Source: Balamuthia mandrillaris (taxonomy: Eukaryota). Taken from it: DNA of 64,000 nucleotides. The position numbers and the translations under genes are program-made. Shown here in pieces: positions 1-12,606 of this stretch. The stretch's first letter is position 1. Each line of letters opens with the position of its first letter. A model generated the notes under the pieces. The model was not told where the DNA came from, searched no databases, and worked only from the letters and a program-made list of their open reading frames with translations. The stretch covers positions 1 to 64,000 of the forward strand of contig JAVKOQ020000106.1 of the NCBI GenBank assembly GCA_031835245.2, written 5' to 3'.

Positions 1-2982
1 TCTTTTGTGCTTGTTTCTCTTGCTTCTTGTTGATGAAGTTGAAGCGGAAGAAGATGAAGCAGAAGATGAAGCGGAGGCAGAGGAATGGGAGGAAGTTTTG
101 TCTCGTCTGTTGGAAGACACTGTTGGTATTGGTGTTGTTGTTTTTCGGTGAGGCGGTTTCGATGAAGAGTTATCGCCGAGAACGACCACTTCATCGTCAG
201 TCGTGGAAGAAGCAGTTCTTGCTTTCTTTTTGGGAGGAGGATTCAGTTCTGTGGTGTTGTTACTTTTGTTGCCTTGTTTAGGTTCTTCGTTGTTGCCACC
301 TCCTCCACTACCATCATAAGTCCTTCGCTTCTTGTTGCTTTCACTCTCTCCTCCACGTCCTTCCTTCTGCTTCTCAGGTTTCTGGTTTTGGTCCACCAAA
401 GCCAGCCGTCGATTACTTCCTTTCTTCAACGAACGGAACTGAGTTGTGCCCGAAGAAGATGCCAAATGAGAAGCATACGCAGTGTCATCACTCTGCGATT
501 CTTCCGAGAGAGATTCAACCGAGTCGTTTTCGGAGCTATCCTCTTCTTCCTCTCCTTCTTCCTTATTCCCTTCTGTCTCTGCTCTTTCTCCATCTTCTGC
601 TTGGTTTGTTTTGTCCTCTTCCTTCTGTTGCTGCTGCGTCGTTTGGCTACGCTTATTCAACTGTCGTTTTTTCGCCGCTTGCTGTTTGAGTTTCTTTTCT
701 AGTTCTCGAATAGTGTTCTCCTCAAACAAGTGCTTGGTGTTGAGTTTATCAAGTTCTTGCTTCAGATTGAAGTGAAGCTGCTCTTTCTCGAAGCACTGAT
801 TTTCTAAGCTGCGTATCCTTTGCTTCTCTTGAAGCATTGACTGCTTCAGAATGTTGATTTCCTTTTGCTTCCGTTCTAACTCTTGTAGCCAGTCTTGTTC
901 GGTCGTGGGTCGTTTGACTCCTGTCAAAAGGAATGCAGAAGCAGGAGCGGAGGACGAAGCAGAGGTGGACGACGAAGGAGGGGCAAATGATGCACTGGGA
1001 GGAAGTGAGGGGAGCTCGTCAGTAATCTGTTCGGCCAAGTGCATTGCCCCTGCGAGTATTTGGTCCGTTTTGTATTTGTCATTCTCAGCCGTAGTATTAC
1101 GTGTTGTTATAGCTGAAGAAGGTTCCCTTGTAGAAGAAGAAGAAGAAGAAGAAGAAGAAGAAGAAGAATCAGTAGCACGGGAAACTGGAGCTGGTGGGGG
1201 CATCAAGACTTGCGACGAGGAGGGTGATCCCTCGCTGCTATCGGTGGCTTCACCAACGTTGTAGGCGCCAACCATCTTGTCAACGCGTTCCAGTTCCATT
1301 TCGGACTCTTCGGGCAAAGGGGGGTTGGGCAGCTGTTGTTGTCCTTCTCTTTCGCCTTCCTCTTCGCTGACAAAGTGTGCAGCACTTACTAACCATGGCG
1401 AGCGATCGGTATTGCTTTCTCTGCTCGGGTGATCATGTTGTTGTTGGGGGAAGTTAAAAGAGGAAGATGAAGAATGAATGGCAAGTCCTTCTGGCGTAAA
1501 GTCCTCAGGAGAAAAGCGAACTGGGTGTTGTTGCTGTCGCTGCTGTTGTTGTTGTGGCTGATATTGCTGGTAGGTGGCGGATGTTTGGGAAGAGGGAGGA
1601 GGAGATCGTTGTCGTTGTGGCTGAAGACTGCTTTGCGCGTGCGAAGGAGGTGAAGAGACCGGGTTAAACATTGAAGAAGAGGATGCAGAAGAAGGAGAAG
1701 AGGGTGGGGGCTGCGGGGGTGGAGAGCGTAAATGTCTTGAGAACACGCTAGGAGAAGGAGGCGGCGTGTGCACTGCGAAAGAAGTCACAACAGCACCCTG
1801 GCTCGGTGGGGGTGGTCTCATAGGACTGTCTGGAGATGAGGAAGAAGTCGGCGAGGGAGATTGTTCGCCATCTCTCTCGTTCGATGAATGATGATGATTG
1901 GTAGCCGTCTCGCCTCTCGTCGAGTTGTTACCGTGTGATGAGGTGTTCCACTCCTGTGGCGACGAATGAGGTTGTTGTTGTGGTGGTGCTGTTGAGCTCG
2001 CTTGTTGCGGTGGTTGTTGGCGAGAGGAAGAAAAGGAAGTAGGCGGAGATGAACGCGGAGAAACTGAAGATGGCCCCTTCTCCTCTCCTTCAACCACTGC
2101 AGAAGGTTGCACGTTCTCCGGTGAGAACAGCGAGCGAGCAACCGCAGAAGACGAGGAAGATGAAGATGGCGACATCATCCTCGAGTTCTGCATGTCATGG
2201 CCATTATGCTGGCTGCTGTTTCCATAAGGCATTTGGTGATGTTGCTGATGAGGGTGTTGCTGTTGTTGATAGTGATGGTGTTGATGCGATTGAAGTGGAT
2301 GTTGCTGTGTGCCATTACCTTGTTCTTGTTGCTGCTGCTGCTGTTGGTAAACGTAATGTTGGTGAGCGAGTGCAGCTGCTGCACTTTCTTCGTCGTCGTT
2401 GTTATCCACAATAACGTATGTATGGGAGAAAGGTTGCTGTACATGAGAGGAAGGAGAGGATGGATAGGCAGCAGCAGAGGAATGATGTGGATGAGGAGCA
2501 GAAGAAGAAGCGGAAGCATAATAGTTCTGTTGCTGCTGCCACGAAGAAGGAGGCGGAGGACCTCCGGATGGCGAAGAAGGGTGAGAAAGACCTTGTTGTT
2601 GAACTCTAGGAGCAAAAGAAGGTGAAGGGTTGCCGCCGCCACCATACGGAGACTTGGGAGGTGAGGACGTTACAGCGCTGGCAAACGAAGCAGGCATGTT
2701 CATGTTATTCCCTGCCGCCTATGGAAGAGAGAGAGAGAAGGAGGAGGCCAGTTTAAACCAGAGAGGAAGATAAAAAGAAGAAGCAGAAAAAAAAACCGCA
2801 CCTCTGCGTTTTGGGTATGAGAAACGTTATTCATAGCTGAATAGCTTCGCAAAGATGAGGTCTGGAGATGCAAGTGGGAATAATAAGTTGGTTAACCTTG
2901 TTTGTAAAAAACCACTCGAGCAAGAGAAGGAACGAGAAGTTACCGTTTGACTTGTAGCAGGGCCAGCAGCGCGAAAGGACAT
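1..2982 (-). CDS. Hypothetical low-complexity (P/S/Q/H-rich) protein with a coiled-coil segment; 3' end runs off the window
   Basis: ATG at 2982 (MSFRAAGPATSQT), two GT-AG introns, then an open frame from about 2719 to base 1. Heptad-like stretch EQDWLQELERKQKEINILKQSMLQEKQRIRSLENQ at about 650-905. Confidence 0.65.
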
Positions 2983-3124
2983 CTCTCCAACAATTTTTTT
3001 TTAACAGCCTTTGCGTTTCTTTTGCTGAGTTGAAATTTTTTACAGGAAAATTTTGGTTTAAAATATACTTGGAAATATTTCGTTGTCGACATAAATATTT
3101 TTTGCGGACTTGGCCCAGGCACGC

Positions 3125-4338
3125 CTATGGGAGGAGAGAGAAAGGAGAAGGAGCAGGAGCAGTTGGGGTGGCTTTGGTCGTCTTCTTCTTCTGTGTCGCG
3201 CTGAAGTATGTGTCCAATGTTCTCTGCACCGCACGTCCTTTGTTTGCTCCGTTGAGTTTGGCGATGCCCTTTCTCACTCGGTCCTCGTTGAAGCCCTTCT
3301 CCTCCACCAAGAATTGCAGCAAGCCCTTTTCATCGGGTTCGGTCCATTGGAGGTTGAGGTCGTCTGGGTTTGTGACTTGCGGATGTTTGAACAGCTCTCT
3401 GGCTGCTCCGCAGTTGAAGTTCTCGGGAATGGGTTGCTTCGTTAGGTTCAACGTGGAAAGCACCACTTCGATGGTCCGGTACTGTCGGATCAGCTGGAGA
3501 GCTTTCTTCGGTCCGATACCTTGAGAGAGCCCCGCGAGTGAAGAAGGCAGGAAGGGAGAGGCAGTAGCATTAGTTGTGCTCTTGAACCACGAATATAAAA
3601 ACTTACCTTGGATGGTATCACAATAGTCGCAGCCGCAGAGGATACAAAAGTCGATAAACTCATCCATGGACAAACCCAAGCCTTCCCAGCTCAATCTCTT
3701 GGATGGCCCGCTTGTGTGCCTCGCTGTCGTTCAAGTGCCGCAACAAGACCGGCGTGCCAAAGGCCAGGGCATCCATGTCCTCCGCGCCAGTGGCCCAGAC
3801 CGTGCCAGCCCTGCAGAGCGCCGCGCACTGAGCCTCCGCCCCGCAGGGGGCTACCATCACCGGGACGCCCATCAGCCCCAACAGCTTCATGCTCTCCTGG
3901 ACGTGCTGCTCGGTTACCCGCAATACAGGGAGGGTACCGCTCTGGTCTTGCCCTTGTTGAGGTTTGTCTTCATCGTCGCCAGTGCCCGAGAAAACATAGA
4001 CCGGTTTCAGGCCTGAACGAATAACACGCAAGGCACGATACCAGAAACCCATCAAATGACTTTTCGTTTGTTATGTTCACAGAAAGACAAACAGCTCATT
4101 AAGCCAAGAGAGAGAGAGAGAGAGAGAGAGAACGAGAAGAGAGAAGGTACATGATAGTTTCGCCTGCTTGATTGGTCAGCCCGATGCCACTGCTGGTTTG
4201 AACGGGGGTAAGAAAGGTGCGGAGGGCCAGGGAGGCGTCGATGGCCACCTTCTTGCCGGCATAGTGATGGATCTCATTTGCGGTAACGGCCTCTGGGCAA
4301 GCATCGCCTACCAGCTGGGCTAAGCCTCTTATCCCCAT
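3125..4338 (-). pseudogene. Degenerate FEN1 paralogue (frameshifted, helical arch shortened, catalytic acidic residues lost)
   Basis: MGIRGLAQLVGDACPEAV...[28 protein letters not shown] and QRTLDTYF align to FEN1 at 36855. Introns 4150-4060 and 3606-3520 sit at the same positions as in FEN1. An 11-nt deletion near 3685 shifts the frame and gives a TGA at 3660. Confidence 0.8.
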
Positions 4339-4545
4339 TTGGTGTTTCTCCTTCTTTTCGGAGTATATATATTAAACATTCGAAGAAGAAAAAAAGAGCA
4401 ACAAGAAAGAAGAGAGAGAGAGAGGAAGGTTTCGCGAAACCAAAAAAAATAAAGATCTATTCAAACACAATAGGAAACAATTTCACGTTCGTTCATGACA
4501 GTGCAACAAGAATGAAGAGAGAGAGAGAGAGAGAGAGAGAGGAGA

Positions 4546-7500
4546 TCACGAAGAAGGAATGTAACGAGCCAACAAGTTGAGGTTCAAGATCTTGATGTCG
4601 AGATTGGCCTCCATCTTGACGATACCGTCCGCTCCGTCGATACCAAACAAAGAGCCGATATTGCCCTTGAACTCGCCGCGAATGATCTTCACACGGTCCT
4701 TCTTGCCTGGCACCACCACCTCCAAAAAGTCGGATGGAATCGTAATCGTCTCTCCTCCACCGCCATCGCTGAGAATTTGTACGGTACAAAGATTGTCCGA
4801 AAGCAGCTCTCGAATGACGCCCGTTGCGTTGTGATATTTGCCGTTGCGGAAGCTCTCGCTGACGATCCGAACTTCAATGTCTTTGCATTGCCAAACATCA
4901 CTTCCCAACATTCCTCTTCCTCCTGAAGAAGATCCGCTTCCGCCTACAGAAGAAGATGAAGAGCTTAATAAGCCTGGAGTACTCGGGATGGCCATGCTGC
5001 CGGCGCCACCGGGAGTGCCTGGAAGCATCATGCCAGCTCCTGCTGGAGAGGCCAAGCCAGGCGTTCTCGGCGCAATGTGGTGCGGATGCTGAAGGTGAGA
5101 GGAGGCACCACCAGCGGCAGCAGCGGATGAGTTATCGTAGCTTAGACCGATACCGTCTGAGGTGGTTACTGGAGAGGCAGAGGAAAGAGAGGAAGAGGAA
5201 GGAGGCAGAGAGGAAGCGGAAGGAACACCAGGAACACGGTCACCAGTAAGGCCGCCACCTGGAGTACCTGGCGTCCGTGGCACGCCTGGTGTGGAGGGTG
5301 TGGTGGGATAGCCGGAAGCAGGAGTGCCGCCTTTGACTGAAGAAGCAGAAGCAAGAGAGGAAGAAGAGGAAGAGAACGATGACCGTGATCCACCGCCAGA
5401 GGTGAGGTCCATCATGGAGCCGTAGCTGTCGGCAGAAGAAGGCGTGTAGGCTGGCGTGTAACCGCTGGTTGGGGTGGCTGGATTGTAGGCGGCTGCATCG
5501 GAGGATGGTGTTCGTGGCAAACCATATTCATCGCTGCCAGCAGCACCGCTACTGCGACGACGATTGCTGCCACCAAACGCAGAAGAAGACGATGAAGAAG
5601 CAGCAGGTGAGTAAGGAGCATAGTAAGCAGGAGTTTCCACACGATAGCCGTCATCCGGTGTGGTCAGCGAAGAAGCCTCGTCCCAAGCGCCCCGCATGGG
5701 CGTGTTGGGTTGGTTAGGGTTCCAGGGATCGTGGCTAGGGGTGCTCATCCTCATAGGCGTACCCGTTCTCATGGGAGTCTGGTCGCCACGCATGGGCGTG
5801 CGAGTGCCGGCAGGATAAGGACTGGCGGGCATGCTATCCTGGCTGAAACTGATGCGAGAAGTGGAGGGAGCACGACCATCGTCGTGCATTTGCAGGGCGG
5901 TTCGGTCCACGTTGACGGTCTTGCAATTGGTGTGGAGCTCCACGCGGGCGGTGGTGTCCGTGGTGTCTTTGACAATGCCAATGTAGCCCTTCCACGCGCC
6001 CCTGCTGATAGTAACCGTTCTGTGGATCAGAGGGTCATGGCTTGCGCCCCTACCTCCCCTTCCTCCGCGGCCTCCTCTACCGCCTCCTCTTCCTCCCCGT
6101 CCATCAAATCCTCCTCTACTACCTCCTCTAGCACCAGAAGAATAATGCGATGGTGATTGTGGATAGTTCCTTCCTCCCGCTCCAAATCCACCACCGCTGG
6201 GTGTTTGTTTTCGTTTTTTATCTCCACCGAGAACAGTGGTGCTGCCTGTTCGTACAACAAAGATTCCTGTATTGTCCAACATGTCGTTCGAGTGTAAGAA
6301 CGCAAAGTACCTAAAGATATGCCTGACGGTGCCCTGCCTGCCCTTATGAGGGCCATCATTCACCTACAGGATATCTCCGATGCCAATAGGGTTCTGTCTC
6401 GAGTCGAAGGCCACTGCATTGCGGCTATTTCGCTTGTTGCCCACTTGCTGTAGCTTCAACGTCCTCACATTACCGGTATTATCCAAGACTTTGAACGAGT
6501 CCAACTCCACTTTGACGATGACGCCTACTGTTTGGGGATCAATCTGTACCATGTCATGCAGCTCATAATTTCCCAGTTGGATGTTGCCAGTGGCAACCTC
6601 CGCCGCCTCTTGAATGTCCTGAGAGAGCACCTGGATCTCCTTCTTGGTGAGATCGGAGAAGAGCGTGACTATGTTACCGTCCACGCGGAGGATAAGGCCC
6701 GTCTCTCCCTCGAAGCGACCGCCGATGACCTTGACGTGATCTCCCATCTTAAAGTACTTCGCCAGTTGGTCGGCATCGAAAGTGAGCAGGTCGTGCAGCT
6801 CCTCGTGCTTGGGTCGCACAGTTACCATGTTGTCGTTGATGGACTCCACCGTGCCCATCAGCAGCTTGAGCTCTCCCTCGATAACTTTGACTGTGTCTCC
6901 TTTCACAAAGTTGACTTTGCGTTTCGTTTTCAGCTTGGCCAAGGCATCCAACGTGGCTTGAACCACTCCACCTGTTGTTGTGTTCGAGGAGGAGCTCTCC
7001 ATATCCAATCTTCCATCGCCGTCGCCATCCCCAGGTTTGTTTTGGAAACGTTGGATCTCATCGAGGGAAGGAATAATACCATCCACGTCGAGGCTCTTCA
7101 TGTTCATGGCCTTAAAGATGTAGCCGTCCTTGTACTTGTTGCCTTCGTAGTAGTAAAACTGACCATCGTCTTTGCTCGCCATATCTGGTGGCGTGAAGAA
7201 ACGAGCGGGCGCTCTAGGCCTTGTGTTCTTCTTTTTCTTTTTCTTTTTCTTCTTGTCATCTTCCTGCTCGTTGTCCTCTTCTTCATCTTCCTCTTCATCA
7301 TCGGGCATAGGTGTGACACCTTCCCCAACCTTCTCCACACGAGGGATGAGCTTGACGGTAATGCGGCCTCTGGTGTCGTCCACGTCCTCTATCTGTCCCA
7401 AGTCTCCGCTGTAGGTGCCTCTCTTGACCCTCACCCAATTTCCCTTCTTCAGGTTGGAGGTCTTCTTGGTGACCGTCAGCACTGTGGTCATCTCCTTGAT

Positions 7501-8286
7501 GGGCACCAGCTTGATTCCCCAGTCAAAGAGGAGGCGCAGGCCCTTGATGGCCTTGGAGACGTGCGCCTCCTTCTCGGCTTCCACGTAGATGTAGCCCTTT
7601 AGGTTGTCGCAGCAGACGGCGGACTTGATGAGCAGCGGCTCCTCCGACTCCTCCTTGTCCAGGAACTTTTGCATGAGGCAGATCACGCACTCTCTTTCCT
7701 TGCCGACCTTGCACCTCACCAGCCAGAGCTTGGGGTCGCGCACTGACGGTAGCAGGCGCTGCTGAGCAATCTCGCTGGCTTCCTGGGTAAGCTGAATGTG
7801 ATCGATAGGGATGTAGCGCTCCCGTCCATAGTCCTTGTACTTCTCCTGGATGCGTTTGCTAATGTCGGAGACGTCCGCCTCGTCGGCCTCAAGGTGCTGC
7901 AGCGCAGCGGCCCTGCGGTGAGCTGCTCTCTCCAGGTTAGGCTCAGCCACCTCGGCAAGAGCGGCCTCATCGGCCTCGTTGGGGAACATGTCGTCCTCCT
8001 CCTCTTCGTCCTCCTCCTCAACCTCGTCCTCACCGACCTCGGCCTCAATATCGAAGAAGGCGCTCATGGCATCGTAGCTCTTTCTGGGCCGCTTGACAGC
8101 CCTCTTGCCACCGGTCGTGCGTCGAGGAGCCTCTTCCTCCTCTTCGTCTTCCTCTTCCTCCTCTTCCTCCTCTTCCTCCTCGTCATCGACCTCTTCCTCC
8201 TCTACCTCCACTTCCTCCTCCTCCACTTCGACGTCCTCCTCTTCACTGCCGCTATGTGCGGAGGCCTCTGCCTTTCGTTTGTGCAT
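4546..8286 (-). CDS. SPT5: Transcription elongation factor SPT5 (acidic N-terminus, NGN, KOW repeats, CTR, C-terminal KOWs); intronless, with an in-frame TAG at 6364-6366
   Basis: [95 protein letters not shown] and TPMR repeats. The two listed ORFs are in the same frame and separated only by one TAG. Confidence 0.97.
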
Positions 8287-8906
8287 GGTGGTGTCGTGAG
8301 TGTGCGTGCAGCTGTTGTGGTTTCTTCAATGGCCTCCAAAAAAAAAGATTCCGACGAAAGGTATTATTTGCACCAAGAAATTGGAAAAATCCAAGAAGAT
8401 TCCTGTGAGGTGTCCTGTCAATCGAAAGAGATTTTACTAAATCAAATGAAACAACCATTTTTTAAACAAAAAAAATACCTACGCACAGCTAACAACAACG
8501 CTCACTGGGAAAAAAAACCTGTTTGCCGAATCTTTTTGGAGAGAGAGAGAGAGAGAGAGAGAGGGCGAAGGGCAAAAAAAAAAAGGGGGAATGATAAGCA
8601 AGCCGCCCGAGAGAGTGACAGTTGAGAGAGGGAAAAGTACGCGTGGTCGCGTGTGTGCGCGTTCTGTGTGTGTTGTGTGTTTTTGTTGACGGAATGTTTT
8701 TCCGTTATCCCTTCCCATTTGCGCTATTTATACTGGAGCGTTTCTCGAGGGTTGGATTCGCAGGACAAGGTCAAGTCGAGAACGAAGGGAGAACAAAAGG
8801 AGGAGCGGTCCGTGCTGCAACAAAGCGAACAACAATGGAGCACAGTTGCTGCTTTTATTGTTGTCGCACAAGATCCTTAATCAGAATATTTGATCGATCT
8901 TTAAAC

Positions 8907-8914
8907 TGACGTCA
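8907..8914. promoter_or_regulatory. CRE-like palindrome TGACGTCA in the SPT5 / DUF2207 divergent promoter
   Basis: Perfect palindrome about 130 nt upstream of the ATG at 9043, with a CCAAT a few bases downstream. Confidence 0.45.
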
Positions 8915-9042
8915 TGATTAAGACCAATCTTTCCTTTAAGACCATTTTTTGTAGACAGTGAAATAATAAATTATTTTGTTGTTGATCAATTGCAATTCCT
9001 CTGCTAAGAAACCATCACTGAAACTTTCTTGTTGGGAAAGGG

Positions 9043-12000
9043 ATGATGAAGCGCTCTTCCTCCTCCCTCTCCACCACTGGTGTCCGTTCCTCGTCGCTGT
9101 CGCTGTGGCTGCTCTGGTGGTTGTTGTTGTTTTTGTCGCTGTGGCTGCTGTCATCGTGCATCGAGCCGTGCCAAGCCCGCCGCAGCAAGTCCAGCGGCCC
9201 CCCAAAACGCTTCCTCTGGAAGAACGTGGCGGTGGACATCAGCCTCACGCCGGAGGGGGACCTCGACGTGGTCGAACGCCACCTGATCGACTTTTATCAG
9301 GGCACCTTTCGGTTTGGCTACCGCAAGATCCCGTTTGGCTATGGAGGGAGGAACGACGGGATTGAGCGCATGCACGTCTTTGAGGGCTCCAAGGCCTACG
9401 AGCAGCTGCACTACCCCCGCTCGGGCGATGAGGGCTCTGAACCGCCTTTTACCTTTAAAGTTGTGGATGAGGTTTGCTTCTCTACTAGCTTTCATTTACT
9501 CTTTCTCTCGTTCTCTCGTTCCCTCTGCTTCTCTTCTCTCTTCTCTCTTCTCTCTTCTCTCTTCTCTCTTCTCTCTTCTCTCTTCTCTCTTCCCGCTGCT
9601 GCTCTCTATAACTCTGTTATAAAACAAAAAACGAAACCCCAAAAAATATGATAGGGCTACGAAAAGGCAGTGTACTGGTACTTTCCTCAGACCACCGGCC
9701 AACATGAATACACAGTTAGTTCGTTCTCTTTCTCGGCGTCTTTGGTGTCTTTCACTCTCTCTCTCTCTCTCTCTCTCTTGTTTCGTCTCCTTTGTTGAGC
9801 GGTTATTTTTCATGTAAAAACCACTTGTTGGTTTGCCTGCAGTTTCAATACCGGGTTCGCAAAGCAGTGCGAGTAGGTCTGGAGGATGGCTCAAATGATG
9901 AGCTCTTCTGGAAGGTTTCTTCTTTCCGTTTTTATTCTGTTATCCTCTTCCTAGGATTTGGTTCTAGGATGCTAACTGCAATATTAACAAACAACAAACT
10001 ACGAAGGTCATACCAGCAAACCATCCAGCTCCCATTGAATCCACCCACATAACGATCCATCTTCCACCCAGCTTTAGACTGTTATTCAACGAAGAGTACA
10101 TCACAGAAGCACCCAACAACAACCTTGATGGCAATGTTGAAAGGGAAAACGAGCTCTTGGCTCATGCTTTTGCGGAATGTTTCATCGGTGGTGAGGAGAT
10201 CAATGTTGCTCGTCCAGAGATAGGAGGAGCAAAAGTCACTCTTTCTCCAGAACGAGACACAGTCTCTGTTGATGTGAGAAAAAGGCTTAAAGTGGACGAA
10301 ATGCTCGAAGTCAGAGTAAGTGTTTTGCTCATCTAAAAGAGGACGGAAGACTCATATTTTTCATTTTTAATGATTTTAGCTATTGTTTGAGCCAAAGTAC
10401 GATGGTCGCATTCCTCTTTCTAACTGGCAACGCTCCGAACAAGAGTCGGATGTCTTAGCCCTGATTCTTTATGTATATTCTCTTCTCTGCCCCTATTTTA
10501 TTGCTCTGCTTCTCCACTTCTCACTTCGGGCTTCTCTCCCTTATCCTTATTTATCTTTTGCTGCGAAACAGGTTATTGTTTTCATAGTGGTCGCATTACC
10601 ATGGTACCTAGTGTATCACTTCAAACTGCCGGTAATACCTCCAGCGGAACTCGGTGGCCCAGCTCCTCACCAGCAACAGATAGAAACGTCTTTACCTGAT
10701 GCCTCCACTCCCGCTGAAGCTGGGACTATGTGTACAACATTTACCTCTCCTTTCTTTTTCGTTTCTTCATTCTTCTTATTTTATTTTTCTCTCGTATTTA
10801 CAGTAACTCATCGAGTTGCAATGAAAGAAGTGATGGCAACATTAGTAGACCTTTCTCGTAGAGGCTATCTCCTCATTCATGAATTCCCTGACGACTATTA
10901 CTTTCAACGCCCCACTCGTACATCCACTTCCGAAACAGAACAGCAACCACAACAACGAAACACAACCAGTTATCGTCATCGTTCACCTCCTCGTCAACGT
11001 CATCGCTCTTCTCCTTCTTCTTCCAATCACGAAGAAAATGAAGAACCAGAAGCAGAAGAAAGACCATTGACTCCCTACGAGGAAGCATTGCTCTCTCTGG
11101 TGGCTGATCACCGTCTTTCCGAGCTCAAATACAAATTCAAAGAACAAGAAGGCAATTTCGCAAAGATGGTCTATCAATCGCTCGTCCAGCGAAACATCTA
11201 CTGGAGCGACCCTAGACCCGTTATTAATCGACTAGTGTTATCAGGCATCCTCCTCATCGCGGTGGACATTTGGTTCTGGTTCGCAGGCTACGACCATTTC
11301 CTAGTGGGTCTCTTGCTTCATTTTCCTTCTCTTTATCTCCTTCCTCGAGAAAGTGATGCCTTTTTCGACCTGCAAGTCCTCTCCAAGGCCATTTTTCATT
11401 TGACCATCGCCGTTGGTCTCTGCGGAGTGGAACTCTTGATTTTGCCTGAACTCGTCGTTCGCACTCTGACCAGAGAGGGGGTCAAGCACCGCCATCGATG
11501 GCAGCTCTTCAGGAACTATCTGCGAGAGTTGAGCGACCGTAGCAGCGATGCGTTTGTGCCGAGACATTTTGATGCCATTGTCTTCGAGGAGTACTTGCCC
11601 TATGCCATCGCCTTTGGTATGGAAGGACCTTGGGTTCAGCGGTGGGAAGCTGTCGCCACTTCTGCTGCTCCTGCTCCTCCTTCTGTTCATCCTTCCCCAT
11701 CTTCTGTTCCATCTTCTATTCATCCTTCCCCATCCTCCGTTCCATCTTCTTCTCAATCTCCTTTTCCTGAAGCATTTCATCCTTCTCTATCTTCCATTCC
11801 TTCTTCTTTTTATCCTTCATCATCCGCCCCCTCTTCTGCTCCTTCCTCCTCTCTTCCCTTCAAACCCGACACCTCCACAAGACAACCAAGTGAAGAACAA
11901 CCACAAGAACAAGAACCACCAATGATGGCTCCGGCATGGTATATCTTGCACCCGCCAACAACTTCCTCCACAAGCTTCATCCATTCTCCCCTCTTTTATG

Positions 12001-12326
12001 ACATCCGAACGCGCAGATACCGCCATCATAACAACAACGGCGGGCTCTACCTATTTCACCCAACCCAAACGACGAGAGGAGGGCAAACGTCCACCTTTTT
12101 TTCTTCATCAACTTCCATGTCCTTTGCTCAAAGAATGAACCGAATGTTTACCTCGACAAGGACGGTCATGAGGACGGTGCGACCCAGCAAAAGCGGAGGA
12201 AAGAGCGGACGATCCAGTGGAGGACGCAGCGGCGGTGGTGGAAGCATGGTACGTTCGTTTGTTTCTGTTGTTGTAAGAGGAAAAAATTAAACCTTTCTCT
12301 CCCTGCGAACAAAGGGATTTGGATGA
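9043..12326 (+). CDS. DUF2207 (YciQ-like) predicted membrane protein, about 7 exons
   Basis: Signal peptide; N-terminal VDISLTPEGDLDVVERHLIDF..GYRKIP; DELFWKVIP; TLVDLSRRGYL; FEEYLPYAIAFGMEGPWVQRW; Gly/Ser-rich tail ending SGGGGSM|GFG*. Exons join in frame at GT-AG sites. Confidence 0.85.
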
Positions 12327-12606
12327 CGGTCCGTCCAGCCGCTTTCGCTTTGTAGGTGTACTGTACAGTGTTTTTTTTATCACGAGCTGTTAATAAAAAC
12401 TTGCAAGACCAAGTGCACTAATGCCTCTGAGACATCAGAAAGAGTTCATCTGATGTATCTCCTCCTTAGCCTCATAACCGTTTGCTTGCATCATATTTGT
12501 CGCTCAACCGCCACTTCCTCCGCACCACTTTATCATTGCGGAATCACCAAATAAAAGTGTAGGGATGAAACGCACTGTCCAGGTTTATTTGCGAAGCGGA
12601 AAGAAT

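Noticed and set aside
27..2625. Many plus-strand ORFs rich in Leu/Val/Phe or Lys/Arg
   Set aside because: They are antisense shadows of the low-complexity minus-strand gene. The same applies to most short ORFs in the track.
6364..6420. An intron ending at ctgTAG|GTG that would remove the SPT5 stop
   Set aside because: The upstream sequence encodes conserved Spt5 residues ([11 protein letters not shown]), lacks a polypyrimidine tract and has no convincing donor.
12429..12461. Small hairpin ACATCAGA...TCTGATGT between the convergent DUF2207 and RPL36 genes
   Set aside because: Only an 8-bp core stem, which is expected by chance, with no other RNA-family features.
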